A stretch of DNA of 64,000 nucleotides from a virus. Its lineage: Duplodnaviria > Caudoviricetes. The stretch is from positions 40,465-104,464 of the IMG/VR virus record IMGVR_UViG_2816332268_000002; one strand, 5' to 3'. Within the stretch, counting starts at the first letter, position 1. Each line of letters starts with the position of its first letter. Shown here piece after piece: positions 37,291 to 48,161 of this stretch. The position numbers were made by a program, and so were the translations under genes. Below the pieces are notes generated by a model. The model was not told the DNA's origin and searched no databases. It saw only the letters and a program-made list of their open reading frames with translations.

Positions 37291-37726
37291 AACGAAGGTC
37301 AAAGACTACGCGCCGTCGCCCTGCGGCACGTATCAGGCTGCCAAGGTGAAAAAGGGCAGGGCGCTCTTCGGCGAGATCCGCAAGTATCCGAACGGGATGA
37401 CGATCTATTGGGCATTCCGTAAGCCCGACGAGGTCTTCCTCGAGCTCGACGCGTGGGCGATCGACACCGAGACGATTCGTGTCATCAAGTCGAAAGGCTG
37501 CACGCACGTCGGTGTCCTCGTCACGAACGGGGATCGATATCTGACCACCATCGAGCGCATGACCGACAAAGACGCGGGCGCTGTCGTTCTCAACTACAGC
37601 AACCACGTAGGGCGACAAGGCAAGGTCGGTGCGCGGCAGTGGTATTTGCCGCGCTCTCAGTTCGTCCAATCACTCGCGCCGGCGGAGGCAACGATCGACC
37701 TAATGCGGATTCGCGGGCGACGGTAG
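37280..37726 (+). CDS. Hypothetical protein
   Basis: ORF in operon; coding-like codon usage. Confidence 0.65.
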   Translation: MAGETKVKDYAPSPCGTYQAAKVKKGRALFGEIRKYPNGMTIYWAFRKPDEVFLELDAWAIDTETIRVIKSKGCTHVGVLVTNGDRYLTTIERMTDKDAGAVVLNYSNHVGRQGKVGARQWYLPRSQFVQSLAPAEATIDLMRIRGRR

Positions 37727-37746
37727 ATAAGTCGCCAGTGATCTAT
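37727..37746. promoter_or_regulatory. Degenerate palindromic site
   Basis: ATAAGTCG-ccag-TGATCTAT; TACAAT at 37751. Confidence 0.6.
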
Positions 37747-37788
37747 TTGATACAATTCACCATTGTCAATCAACACAAGGGAACGCGA

Positions 37789-38196
37789 ATGGTTTTAGCG
37801 TCCGCACTTTTGTGCCTGGCACTCAATGTGTATTACGAGAGCCGCTCTGAACCCATCCTGGGCCAATACGCCGTTGCTGCGGTCACAATGAACCGCGCGG
37901 ATGGCGACAAGAGCAAGGTATGTGAGGTCGTCACGAAGCCGCACCAGTTCAGCTGGACCACGCGCCGTGTTCGTCGCAAGGGCGATAGCTATACGCTGGT
38001 CAGGTCGGCTGCTCCGAAGGATGAGGAGGCTTGGGAAGTAGCGAAGAAGGTTGCGTGGCAGACCCTGCACGGTCACAAGATCGACGTCACGCATGGCGCC
38101 ACCTTTTACCACGCGAACTATGTGCGCCCAGCTTGGAGGAAGGGGGTCAAGCGCTCAGCTGTCATCGGGAAGCATATTTTTTATACCCAAACATAA
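37789..38196 (+). CDS. Cell wall hydrolase, SleB/Hydrolase_2 family
   Basis: CLALNVYYESRSE...GQ.AVA.V.MNR...CEVV....QFSW...GATFYH..YV.P.W...IG.HIFY. Confidence 0.9.
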   Translation: MVLASALLCLALNVYYESRSEPILGQYAVAAVTMNRADGDKSKVCEVVTKPHQFSWTTRRVRRKGDSYTLVRSAAPKDEEAWEVAKKVAWQTLHGHKIDVTHGATFYHANYVRPAWRKGVKRSAVIGKHIFYTQT

Positions 38197-38214
38197 GTCA
38201 GTAGTGACTATAAT
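38193..38214. promoter_or_regulatory. Palindromic site plus TATAAT
   Basis: ATAAGTCA-gtag-TGACTATAAT. Confidence 0.8.
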
Positions 38215-38260
38215 AAATTCGCAGCACCCGTATTCAACCTACCAATACTCCAGGAACACC

Positions 38261-38767
38261 ATGAAGGCAACTTCGTTTCTCTCCTTTCTCTTCTGCATCG
38301 TGATGCTGCTCGCGTTTCCGTTTGCTCCGCTGATCGGGGCACATCAGGCAGGCGCCGAGAGCTTCGCCGCGTATCTCTGCGGCTGCGTCGCGGTTCTGTC
38401 GATCGTCCGCATGTTCGCCCGCGGTGGCGTCAAGGCGATCGAAGTTCCCGCGCCGGGCTTCCGCAGATATCTGTCGGTCCTGTATCGAATGCTCGATGCG
38501 GTGCTGTTCCTGACGCTCGCCTACCACGGTCACTTCGTTGTCGCCTCGCTCGTCGGGATCGTCTTGACGATGCAGTTGAGTGCGCTGTTCGTTGTGATCG
38601 GTATCGAGACGGACATCAAGGAATCGTTCCGAAAGGGCATTCCGGAATTCAACGACGTGCAGGGTGAATCCGGCCTGACCGTGACCGGCCAGAACCCGAT
38701 TACCGGTGCGGATACGCGCATTTCGACGGTGAATCCGGGCTCGATACCGCAAGCCCAGCCGGCATAA
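38261..38767 (+). CDS. Membrane protein (about 4 TM)
   Basis: RBS CAGGA; own promoter site and terminator. Confidence 0.7.
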   Translation: MKATSFLSFLFCIVMLLAFPFAPLIGAHQAGAESFAAYLCGCVAVLSIVRMFARGGVKAIEVPAPGFRRYLSVLYRMLDAVLFLTLAYHGHFVVASLVGIVLTMQLSALFVVIGIETDIKESFRKGIPEFNDVQGESGLTVTGQNPITGADTRISTVNPGSIPQAQPA

Positions 38768-38782
38768 GCCAGCACGACTGAG

Positions 38783-38808
38783 AACCGGGGCCGAGCGCCC
38801 CGGTTTTG
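38783..38808 (+). terminator. Intrinsic terminator
   Basis: AACCGGGGC..GCCCCGGTT-TT. Confidence 0.7.
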
Positions 38809-38862
38809 TATCCGCGTATCGAAATTCAGAATGCCCGCATGGGCGCAATCAACGAGGTAAAA

Positions 38863-39930
38863 ATGAAGCCATACGGCGTCATCAGCGATACACACAACCA
38901 CAACTGGAACGCCTTCTCGCACGTCGACGGGGATCTGGTGAACAACCGCCTGAAGATGATCCTGGACGACACCGAGCGCTGCGCCCGTGAAGTGGCCGCT
39001 GCGGGCGGTGACACGGTCTACCACGGGGGCGATCTGTTCCACGTTCGCGGCTCGATCGAGCCGAGCGTGCTGAACCCGACGCGTGATCGCTATCAAGCGA
39101 TTCGCGAGCAATACGGCGTGAAGTTCCGCCTGCTGCCCGGTAACCACGACCTCGAGCACCGCCATTCGAACCGCGTCGGGAACGCGGTCGAGGCGATGCG
39201 AAGCGATTGGGTCGAGGTTGACCATGAGGCGCAGGTCTATCACGAGCACAACGTCCTCATGGTGCCCTGGATCGAGCGGGTCGAAGACCTGAAGGCGGCA
39301 CTGTTGACGCAGCGTGACAACCTGCTGATTGCCGGCCACGGTGACCCGTCGAACTTCGACCTCATCATCCACGCGCCGATCGACGGCGTCATCGCCGGGC
39401 TGCCGGATCACGGGCTGACGGGCGAATGGCTCGCGGATCTGGGATTCAAGCGCGTGTTCTCCGGCCACTATCACAACCACAAGGAAATCGTGCCGGGCAA
39501 GGTCTGGTCGATCGGCGCGCTGACACACCAGACGTGGGGCGATGTCGGCTCGAAGGCCGGCTTCCTCGTCGTGACCGAAAACGAGGTGAAGTGGCACAGC
39601 ACCAATGCACCGGAGTTCGTCGACATCGAAGCGGGCATGGACCCTGTCGAAGTGCAGCTGCGGTGTGACGGCAATTACGTCCGCGTGAAGGTCGTCGACG
39701 CGAAGCCGTCCGAGGTGTCGGCGATCCGTGATGCGCTCATGAAAGCGGGCGCGCTGGGCGTGCAGGTCAACGTGGTGAAGTCGGCCAGCACGACTCGCGC
39801 TACGGCAAGCACCGTGAAAGCGGGCGCGTCGGTCGAGGTGTCGGTGACGAGCTACATCAAGGGCGGCAGCTTCGAGCACGCCGATCTGGTGGCTCAGGAA
39901 GCAATCAAGGTTCTGGCGGAGGCTCTCTAA
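38863..39930 (+). CDS. sbcD: SbcD/Mre11/gp47-like nuclease
   Basis: SDTH; GGDLFH; PGNHD; SGHYH metallophosphoesterase motifs. Confidence 0.88.
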   Translation: MKPYGVISDTHNHNWNAFSHVDGDLVNNRLKMILDDTERCAREVAAAGGDTVYHGGDLFHVRGSIEPSVLNPTRDRYQAIREQYGVKFRLLPGNHDLEHRHSNRVGNAVEAMRSDWVEVDHEAQVYHEHNVLMVPWIERVEDLKAALLTQRDNLLIAGHGDPSNFDLIIHAPIDGVIAGLPDHGLTGEWLADLGFKRVFSGHYHNHKEIVPGKVWSIGALTHQTWGDVGSKAGFLVVTENEVKWHSTNAPEFVDIEAGMDPVEVQLRCDGNYVRVKVVDAKPSEVSAIRDALMKAGALGVQVNVVKSASTTRATASTVKAGASVEVSVTSYIKGGSFEHADLVAQEAIKVLAEAL

Positions 39931-41895
39931 ATGGATTTTCTGAAACTGCGTGCGGTCAACTTCCTGACGCTGGGCGACACAGGTGACATGCCGCTCAAGG
40001 ACCGCGGTCTGATCGCGATCATGGGCGAGAACAAGGACGACTCGTCGGCGAAATCGAACGGTTCGGGCAAGTCCTCGATCGCTGACGCGTTGTGCTGGGC
40101 GCTCTTCGGGACGACGGCCCGTGGCGAGTCTGGGGACTCGATCATCAACCGGAAGGCTAAGAAGAACACCTACGCCGCGGTGACCGTGCAGGATGGCGAG
40201 TCCATCTACGAGATCCGTCGCCACCGCAAGGATAAGCAGTTCAAGAACGGGACGACCATCACGGTCTGGAACCCGGCCGATCACTACTTCAACAGCGGCG
40301 CAGGCGAGCGGATCGAGAAGGGCACCGAGAAGGAGATCCAGGCTCAGATCAACGAAATCGTCGGCTGCACCTACGAGGTGTTCAAGGCGGCGATCTATGC
40401 CGGGCAGGAGGATATGCCTGATTTGCCGAAGATGACCGACAAACCGCTCAAGATGCTGATCGAGAAGGCGGCCGGCATCGAGCGTCTCGAGAAAGCCTAC
40501 GAGATTGCGGGCAAGAAGCGGGATGCCGCGGTGGCGGCTGTCGAGTCGTCGAAGAAGCAGATCGAGAACGCCGAAGCCCACATCATCAACTGGAAGGTGT
40601 CGCTTCAGCAGGCGGAACAGCAGCACGCTCAGTTCGAGGCCGCGCGGCCGGACGTGCAGAAGGGGTGGGTCGAGCGTCAGGATGCGATCGCAGATGCGAT
40701 GCGCAAGAACTTTACGACCTATCAGAACATGAAGGAGCCGGAGCTGATAGCGGAGCGTGATTCGCTCCAAGCGCAGCTGGCCGACCACAACAAGCTCCTT
40801 CAGCAGCGTGACGCGCTGATCCGCGACGAGAACAACGCGCGATCCGAGCTGCGAGTGGCGCAGGCAGAGTTGGGTGCGATGCGGACCAAGGTTGTCACGT
40901 TGACCGATGCGATCAAGAACGCGCCGGAAGCGATGTCGAAACCGTGCGGCGAGTGCGGCAAGCCTCACACGCCGGACGAGCTGGACACCTTCATCACGCA
41001 TCAGAAGACGAAGGCAGCCGAGGTCGCGACGGAATACCAGGCAAAGCGCGCTGAGGTCGATGCGCTGGAAGCAAAGGTCACGGCGGCCAGCAAGGCGGTG
41101 ACGGACTTCGCAGCGACGATCCCGGACGTGTCCGCGGTGTCGGCGCGCGTCGCGGACCTCAATTCGCACATCGGCTCGGCGCAGCACCTGAAGAGTGTCC
41201 TGCAGCAACAGAAGACCGAGCACGACCGTTGCTCGACCCAAGCTGCGGCTGCGCTGACGGCGGTCAATCCCCACCAGTCGGCCGTCGACATGGGCAAGCA
41301 GCAGATCGAAGCGCTCGAGAAACAGGTGGCAGACGTCAAGGCGGCGCAGGCACCGCTTCTGCAGGCGGCCGAGGTCGCGGAGAGCGTCGTGAAGGTGTTC
41401 GGGCCGGCGGGCGTGCGCGCTCAGATCCTCGATACGGTGACGCCGTTCCTGAACGACCGCACGTCCGATTACCTGTCGGCTCTGTCGGACGGGAACATCA
41501 GCGCGGTCTGGTCGACGCTCGCGAGCACGACGAAGGGCGAGGCCCGCGAGAAGTTCCACATCGACGTGGAGAACGCAGAGGGAGCGGACAACTTCGGCGG
41601 GCTGTCGGGCGGTGAGAAGCGCAAGGTTCGACTCGCGACCATGCTCGCGCTGCAAGACCTCGTGGCATCCCGCGCTGCCAAGCCCATTTCCCTGTGGGTT
41701 GGTGACGAAATCGACGACGCGCTCGACAACTCGGGCCTCGAACGCCTCATGACCGTGCTGGAGCAGAAGGCGCGGGAGAAGGGCACGGTCCTCATCATCA
41801 GTCACGAATCACTGTCGGATTGGTGTGACCAGACTGCGACCGTCACGAAAAGCGGAGGCGTATCGACGGTATCGGGGGCGCTGTGTCACGCGTGA
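39931..41895 (+). CDS. sbcC: SbcC/Rad50/gp46-like ATPase
   Basis: NGSGKSS; coiled coil with CGECG hook; LSGGE; DE..D.LD; IISH. Confidence 0.92.
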   Translation: MDFLKLRAVNFLTLGDTGDMPLKDRGLIAIMGENKDDSSAKSNGSGKSSIADALCWALFGTTARGESGDSIINRKAKKNTYAAVTVQDGESIYEIRRHRKDKQFKNGTTITVWNPADHYFNSGAGERIEKGTEKEIQAQINEIVGCTYEVFKAAIYAGQEDMPDLPKMTDKPLKMLIEKAAGIERLEKAYEIAGKKRDAAVAAVESSKKQIENAEAHIINWKVSLQQAEQQHAQFEAARPDVQKGWVERQDAIADAMRKNFTTYQNMKEPELIAERDSLQAQLADHNKLLQQRDALIRDENNARSELRVAQAELGAMRTKVVTLTDAIKNAPEAMSKPCGECGKPHTPDELDTFITHQKTKAAEVATEYQAKRAEVDALEAKVTAASKAVTDFAATIPDVSAVSARVADLNSHIGSAQHLKSVLQQQKTEHDRCSTQAAAALTAVNPHQSAVDMGKQQIEALEKQVADVKAAQAPLLQAAEVAESVVKVFGPAGVRAQILDTVTPFLNDRTSDYLSALSDGNISAVWSTLASTTKGEAREKFHIDVENAEGADNFGGLSGGEKRKVRLATMLALQDLVASRAAKPISLWVGDEIDDALDNSGLERLMTVLEQKAREKGTVLIISHESLSDWCDQTATVTKSGGVSTVSGALCHA

Positions 41896-42464
41896 TCCCG
41901 TTCGGCGCGACGGCGCCGACTGCGCCCACCCATTCAACGAAGGCTCCGACGCTCGACGGGATTGTTGCGGCGATGGAGAAGCTGAAAGCCACTAGACACG
42001 ATGGTGTAGAGCTTGCAGCTAAGGAGAAGCAACAGATGGAAGACAAGCAAGCACAGGCAGTGAAATTGGCCGCGATGTTTTGTGACGAGGCTCGACGGGT
42101 ATTCCAACCCGCAGACGGCTTCAAGCTATCCGGGCCGGCGACGCTGACGATCAAGACGCGTCAGGGGCAATACAAGAAGAAGGCATTCATTGGCGACGAG
42201 GCGTTCTCGTTCTCGTCGGCCTACGCGGGAAAGCGTGGCGACGTGATTGGGGTGTTCAAGTCACGTGTGCCGGTCGACTGGTCGTTTATGGAAATGCCGA
42301 TCAACGAAGCGTGCGACAGCCTGAATGGCTTCAGGGCGTTCGCCGACTCATGCGCGGGCGGCAGCATCGGCGAGGCAATCGAAAACATGGACGCAGCGGT
42401 CGTTGCCGCGAAGGCGGCTGAGCGCAGTGCTCAGATGGCCGACCCTGCGTTCGCAAGCTGGTAA
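41883..42464 (+). CDS. Hypothetical protein
   Basis: Overlaps the end of sbcC; ends in PAFASW. Confidence 0.6.
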   Translation: MSRVIPFGATAPTAPTHSTKAPTLDGIVAAMEKLKATRHDGVELAAKEKQQMEDKQAQAVKLAAMFCDEARRVFQPADGFKLSGPATLTIKTRQGQYKKKAFIGDEAFSFSSAYAGKRGDVIGVFKSRVPVDWSFMEMPINEACDSLNGFRAFADSCAGGSIGEAIENMDAAVVAAKAAERSAQMADPAFASW

Positions 42465-42484
42465 CTCACTCAGAAGGAATCACC

Positions 42485-43066
42485 ATGAGCAGCATCATCA
42501 AGGTGGCGGGACTGGACCCGTCAATGAGCAACTTCGGGGTCGCCCTTGCGGACCTTGACGTCGACAGCATGGAGCTGAAGGTCATCGACCTGATCCTGAT
42601 CGAGACGGAACCCGACCAGACCAAGCAGGTCAAGAAGGTGTCGGACGACCTGCGGCGGGCGTATGAGGTGCGTGAGGGCATGCTCAAAGCACTGCAAGGG
42701 CGCGCGCACGTCGCGTTTTCTGAAATCCCGCTTGGCAGCGCCGCCAAATACAACAACGCGATCTTCAACGCCGGCTTCGTCATCGGCGTGCTCGCGAGCT
42801 GTCCGATCCCGATCATCGAGGTCTTCCCGATGGACGTGAAAATGGCTGCAGTGGGGCACCGGCAAGCCGCGAAGGAGGAAATGATCGAGTGGGCGGTCAC
42901 GAAGTATCCGACTGCACCCTGGAAGACCCGCACGCTGCGCGGTAAGCCCGTGCTCACGAAGAGCAACGAGCACCTGGCGGACGCGGTTGCCGCGATTCAT
43001 GCGGGCATCGAGACGCGGGACTTCGAACAGATGATCGCGATGCGTCGCTCGTTACTCGCCGCTTAG
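42485..43066 (+). CDS. ruvC: RuvC-like Holliday junction resolvase
   Basis: GLDPS..NFG; E; VK.A..G...AAKEEM; HLADAVA. Confidence 0.85.
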   Translation: MSSIIKVAGLDPSMSNFGVALADLDVDSMELKVIDLILIETEPDQTKQVKKVSDDLRRAYEVREGMLKALQGRAHVAFSEIPLGSAAKYNNAIFNAGFVIGVLASCPIPIIEVFPMDVKMAAVGHRQAAKEEMIEWAVTKYPTAPWKTRTLRGKPVLTKSNEHLADAVAAIHAGIETRDFEQMIAMRRSLLAA

Positions 43067-44250
43067 AGCAGGTCGTGACCGTCGGCGTATGGGTCGTCGT
43101 CTTTGGGGTCTGGTGATAGCCCGAGCAGGTCGATCGCTTCATCCATGAGATCAGGATCGACCTGCGATACATATCGCGAGAACAGGAACATGTAAAACTC
43201 GTTTACATCGTTGTCTGAAATAATCCAGCCGACCTGACTGTTATCGATAGCTGCTCGAAACAGCTTGGTCACTTCATCAGCGGTGAAGCTATCCCTAAAT
43301 TTATTGAGTGTTGGAATCAGTGAATGTGTTGTGGCAAACGAACCGCTTGCTTGAAGCGCCGCAATCGCTGCAATCTTTGCGGCCTGTTGCTCTGGACTAA
43401 GCGCCACCAACTCCGGCTGAATGTAGTCATTCCTTGCCTGCTCCGCAGGCTGGTCTACTTCGACTTGAACGGGTTGGTTTGCTTCTCGATTCTCAGGTTG
43501 TGCGAGCTCTTCCGCAGGCTGCTCGGCCGGTGCTTGCTGCGCAGCCTGATTCGCCAGTGTTTTCTTGTAGTGCTTCAGTAACGCCTTGATGCTGTCGAAT
43601 GTATAAAGGTTCGATTTGCCCTTAAAATGTGCCCATTCTCGCTTCAAGAACGGATTTGGATAGGGCATGCCGCGTTCGTCTTTTCCATCGAGCGCAGACA
43701 CGAAATCGCCATCTTTTGTGACGACGTAGAGGTCCTCATCGGGCAATCTGCTGAGAAGCATTTCCCAATTGTATTGATCTCCGACGCTTCCGGGCTTGCC
43801 CGGTGGGTTGCCCAACTCCGCGCGCAATCGTCCTTTTGCGAGGATGGCCGGATCATGATTGTGATATTTCGCAGCGTCAAAAATCAGCTCGAGCTTCCTG
43901 TCGACGTCAAGCTGGAACGAGCGAGCCTTTGCTAGTGACTCTGCAATCAAATGGTCGCGCGCTCGCTTCGCTTCATTTGTGGCATCGATGTATGACTTAG
44001 CCATCGCTAGACCCTGCATGTGACGCGGAATCTCGCTCGAAAAGAAATTCTTCTGGAACTCCTTGGCTGCTGCGCTGAGGCGAGCCTCGCGATTGCGTTC
44101 CAATTCGTCGTCAACTTGTTCCGGGATGTGCAGAATAATTCTGTCGTAGAACACCTCTTCGAGCAGCTCGTCAAGATCACGAACGTCATCTTTGGAGTGC
44201 TGGTAGAAGCTCAGATAGATATTGGTGTCGATGAATAATTGCATCGCCAT
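43063..44250 (-). CDS. PIN-like domain protein (accessory, lower GC)
   Basis: LFIDTN; P.QV..E; PPG....GD...WE.LL; VTKDGDF. Confidence 0.85.
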   Translation of the reverse strand: MAMQLFIDTNIYLSFYQHSKDDVRDLDELLEEVFYDRIILHIPEQVDDELERNREARLSAAAKEFQKNFFSSEIPRHMQGLAMAKSYIDATNEAKRARDHLIAESLAKARSFQLDVDRKLELIFDAAKYHNHDPAILAKGRLRAELGNPPGKPGSVGDQYNWEMLLSRLPDEDLYVVTKDGDFVSALDGKDERGMPYPNPFLKREWAHFKGKSNLYTFDSIKALLKHYKKTLANQAAQQAPAEQPAEELAQPENREANQPVQVEVDQPAEQARNDYIQPELVALSPEQQAAKIAAIAALQASGSFATTHSLIPTLNKFRDSFTADEVTKLFRAAIDNSQVGWIISDNDVNEFYMFLFSRYVSQVDPDLMDEAIDLLGLSPDPKDDDPYADGHDLL

Positions 44251-44330
44251 GGTTGTTCCATTCCCATTGTCAGCGATCGCCACTATTTTGCGGGAAGTGG
44301 TCGAGTGTTGGTCTAGCCTGACTATACTTC

Positions 44331-44363
44331 AAAATGGGCGTCGAGCAGGGCGCTCATTTTTTT
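44331..44363 (+). terminator. Intrinsic terminator upstream of nrdA
   Basis: AAAATGGGCG..CGCTCATTTT-TTT. Confidence 0.65.
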
Positions 44364-44373
44364 GCTCTGGATG

Positions 44374-44396
44374 ATAAGTTGGTAGTTACTTATCAT
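44374..44396. promoter_or_regulatory. Palindromic site before nrdA
   Basis: ATAAGTTG-gtag-TTACTTAT inside the longer IR GATGATAAGT..ACTTATCATC; TATCAT as -10. Confidence 0.75.
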
Positions 44397-44429
44397 CAGG
44401 ACCTTCCTTCACCACCAAACAGATACAGC

Positions 44430-46691
<2,262 letters not shown>

Positions 46692-46737
46692 CCCAGAAGG
46701 GCCGGGCAACCGGCCCTGTTCGACTCCCAAAGTGAAC

Positions 46738-47730
46738 ATGAGCAACCACGCACAAATCATCAACGATCGCCGACTGGCGTTCGGTCCCCGCAGTGACCTG
46801 ATGGCGATCTCGCCCGCAAAGCACAAGTGGGCGCGCGACCTCTGGCGGAAGATGAAAGCCAACAATTGGGATTTGCACGAAACCGACCTCACCGATGACG
46901 GTCCGTGCTATCGCAATCGACTGACCGAGGGCGAGCGGTTCGCTTACGACAGCGCGTTGTCGTTTGCGTCGAACCTCGACGGCATTCAGCTGCACAACCT
47001 CGCGAACATCGAGGCGTGCATCACTAGCCCGGAAGTCGAAATGTGCATCAAGCGCCAGATGTATGAGGAGGCCCTGCACGTCGACGCCTACAGCGAAATG
47101 GTGGAGACGGTGTCGGCTGACCCGATGTCGGTCTACATGCGCTTCGAACGTGACGGGATGTTGGCAGCCAAGAACGAGCACATTCTGCGTCAGGCCCGCA
47201 TCCTCGCCGGCGAGAAGACGCCCGCGCAGTTCGCCCGATCGATCGTCGCCAACGTCGCGCTCGAGGGCATTTACTTCTACAGCGCGTTCCTCGTCTTCTA
47301 CGCACTCGCACGCAACGGGAAGATGATCGGCTCGGCCGACAGCGTGAAGCTGATTCACCGCGACGAGCGGACGCACCTGGACCTGTTCGCGAAGATGCAC
47401 GAAACGATGAAGCAGGAACGCCCGGAGCTCTACGACGCTCAGTTCTACCGCGATGCCGAGCTGCTGCTGCGCGACGCGGTAGAGCTCGAATCGAAGTGGG
47501 GCGCCTACATCACGAGCAAGGGCGTGCTGGGCCTCACCGCGCCGATCGTGGCCGGCTTTCTTCAGGAGCGCGCGAATGAGTGCGCGAAGCTCATCGGCAT
47601 GCCGGAACTGTATCCGGGCGTGAAAACGCCGGTGCCGTGGTTCGTGCCGTTCTCCCAAGGCGAGGAGGTCAACTTCTTTGAGGGGAAGGTGGCCGACTAC
47701 GCGGTGGGGACGCTGACGGATTGGGACTGA
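46738..47730 (+). CDS. nrdB: Ribonucleotide reductase beta subunit
   Basis: EEALHVDAY; LEGIYFYSAF; RDERTH; NFFE. Confidence 0.95.
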   Translation: MSNHAQIINDRRLAFGPRSDLMAISPAKHKWARDLWRKMKANNWDLHETDLTDDGPCYRNRLTEGERFAYDSALSFASNLDGIQLHNLANIEACITSPEVEMCIKRQMYEEALHVDAYSEMVETVSADPMSVYMRFERDGMLAAKNEHILRQARILAGEKTPAQFARSIVANVALEGIYFYSAFLVFYALARNGKMIGSADSVKLIHRDERTHLDLFAKMHETMKQERPELYDAQFYRDAELLLRDAVELESKWGAYITSKGVLGLTAPIVAGFLQERANECAKLIGMPELYPGVKTPVPWFVPFSQGEEVNFFEGKVADYAVGTLTDWD

Positions 47731-47752
47731 ATCCCTCATTTTGTCGCTAAAA

Positions 47753-47774
47753 ATAAGTAAGCACCGACTATACT
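47753..47774. promoter_or_regulatory. Palindromic site plus TATACT
   Basis: ATAAGTAA-gcac-CGACTATACT. Confidence 0.75.
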
Positions 47775-47965
47775 AGATCGTGTAACTCTCGCCCTAACAG
47801 CGGGATTCGCCGCCGATAGTCGGTCCATCGACGCGAATTGAGAATCAAGGTCGGGCGCTATGCCCGACCCAACCTGAAGTCATTGAAACCGTTTCGATAT
47901 CGAGTAGCGCACCGGCGCCCGTCTCCGGTAGCGGCCTCAATGCCTTCACCACACAGGAGAAACAC

Positions 47966-48151
47966 ATGCCGAAGGGGCGAATCACCGTCACGTTCGACTA
48001 CGACATCCACCCGCAGCACTATGACGGGTGCAACACGCCGCAAGAAATGGTCGCGATGGACGCTGCCGGCTACGACCAGCAGCCGGACATGCTTCTCGAG
48101 GCGATCGCATCGTCGAGCTACGCGGTCACCGGCACGGTCGTCGAAGAGTAA
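47966..48151 (+). CDS. Small acidic hypothetical protein
   Basis: RBS CAGGAG. Confidence 0.6.
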   Translation: MPKGRITVTFDYDIHPQHYDGCNTPQEMVAMDAAGYDQQPDMLLEAIASSSYAVTGTVVEE

Positions 48152-48161
48152 GGAGGGGCGA

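Noticed and set aside
38530-41805. 1091-aa minus-strand ORF (also 29030-32095, 44409-46190, 19761-21140 and 54011-55363)
   Set aside because: Antisense shadows of well-supported plus-strand genes, caused by GC3 bias; no motifs
47775-47950. tRNA gene
   Set aside because: No T-loop GTTCRA or cloverleaf; no tRNA recognised elsewhere in the window by eye
47838-48161. Extended thyX N-terminus in the ORF track (likewise the upstream starts at 688, 14482, 37453, 38051 and 44334)
   Set aside because: Downstream starts have better RBS or domain boundaries; the extensions overlap other genes or regulatory DNA
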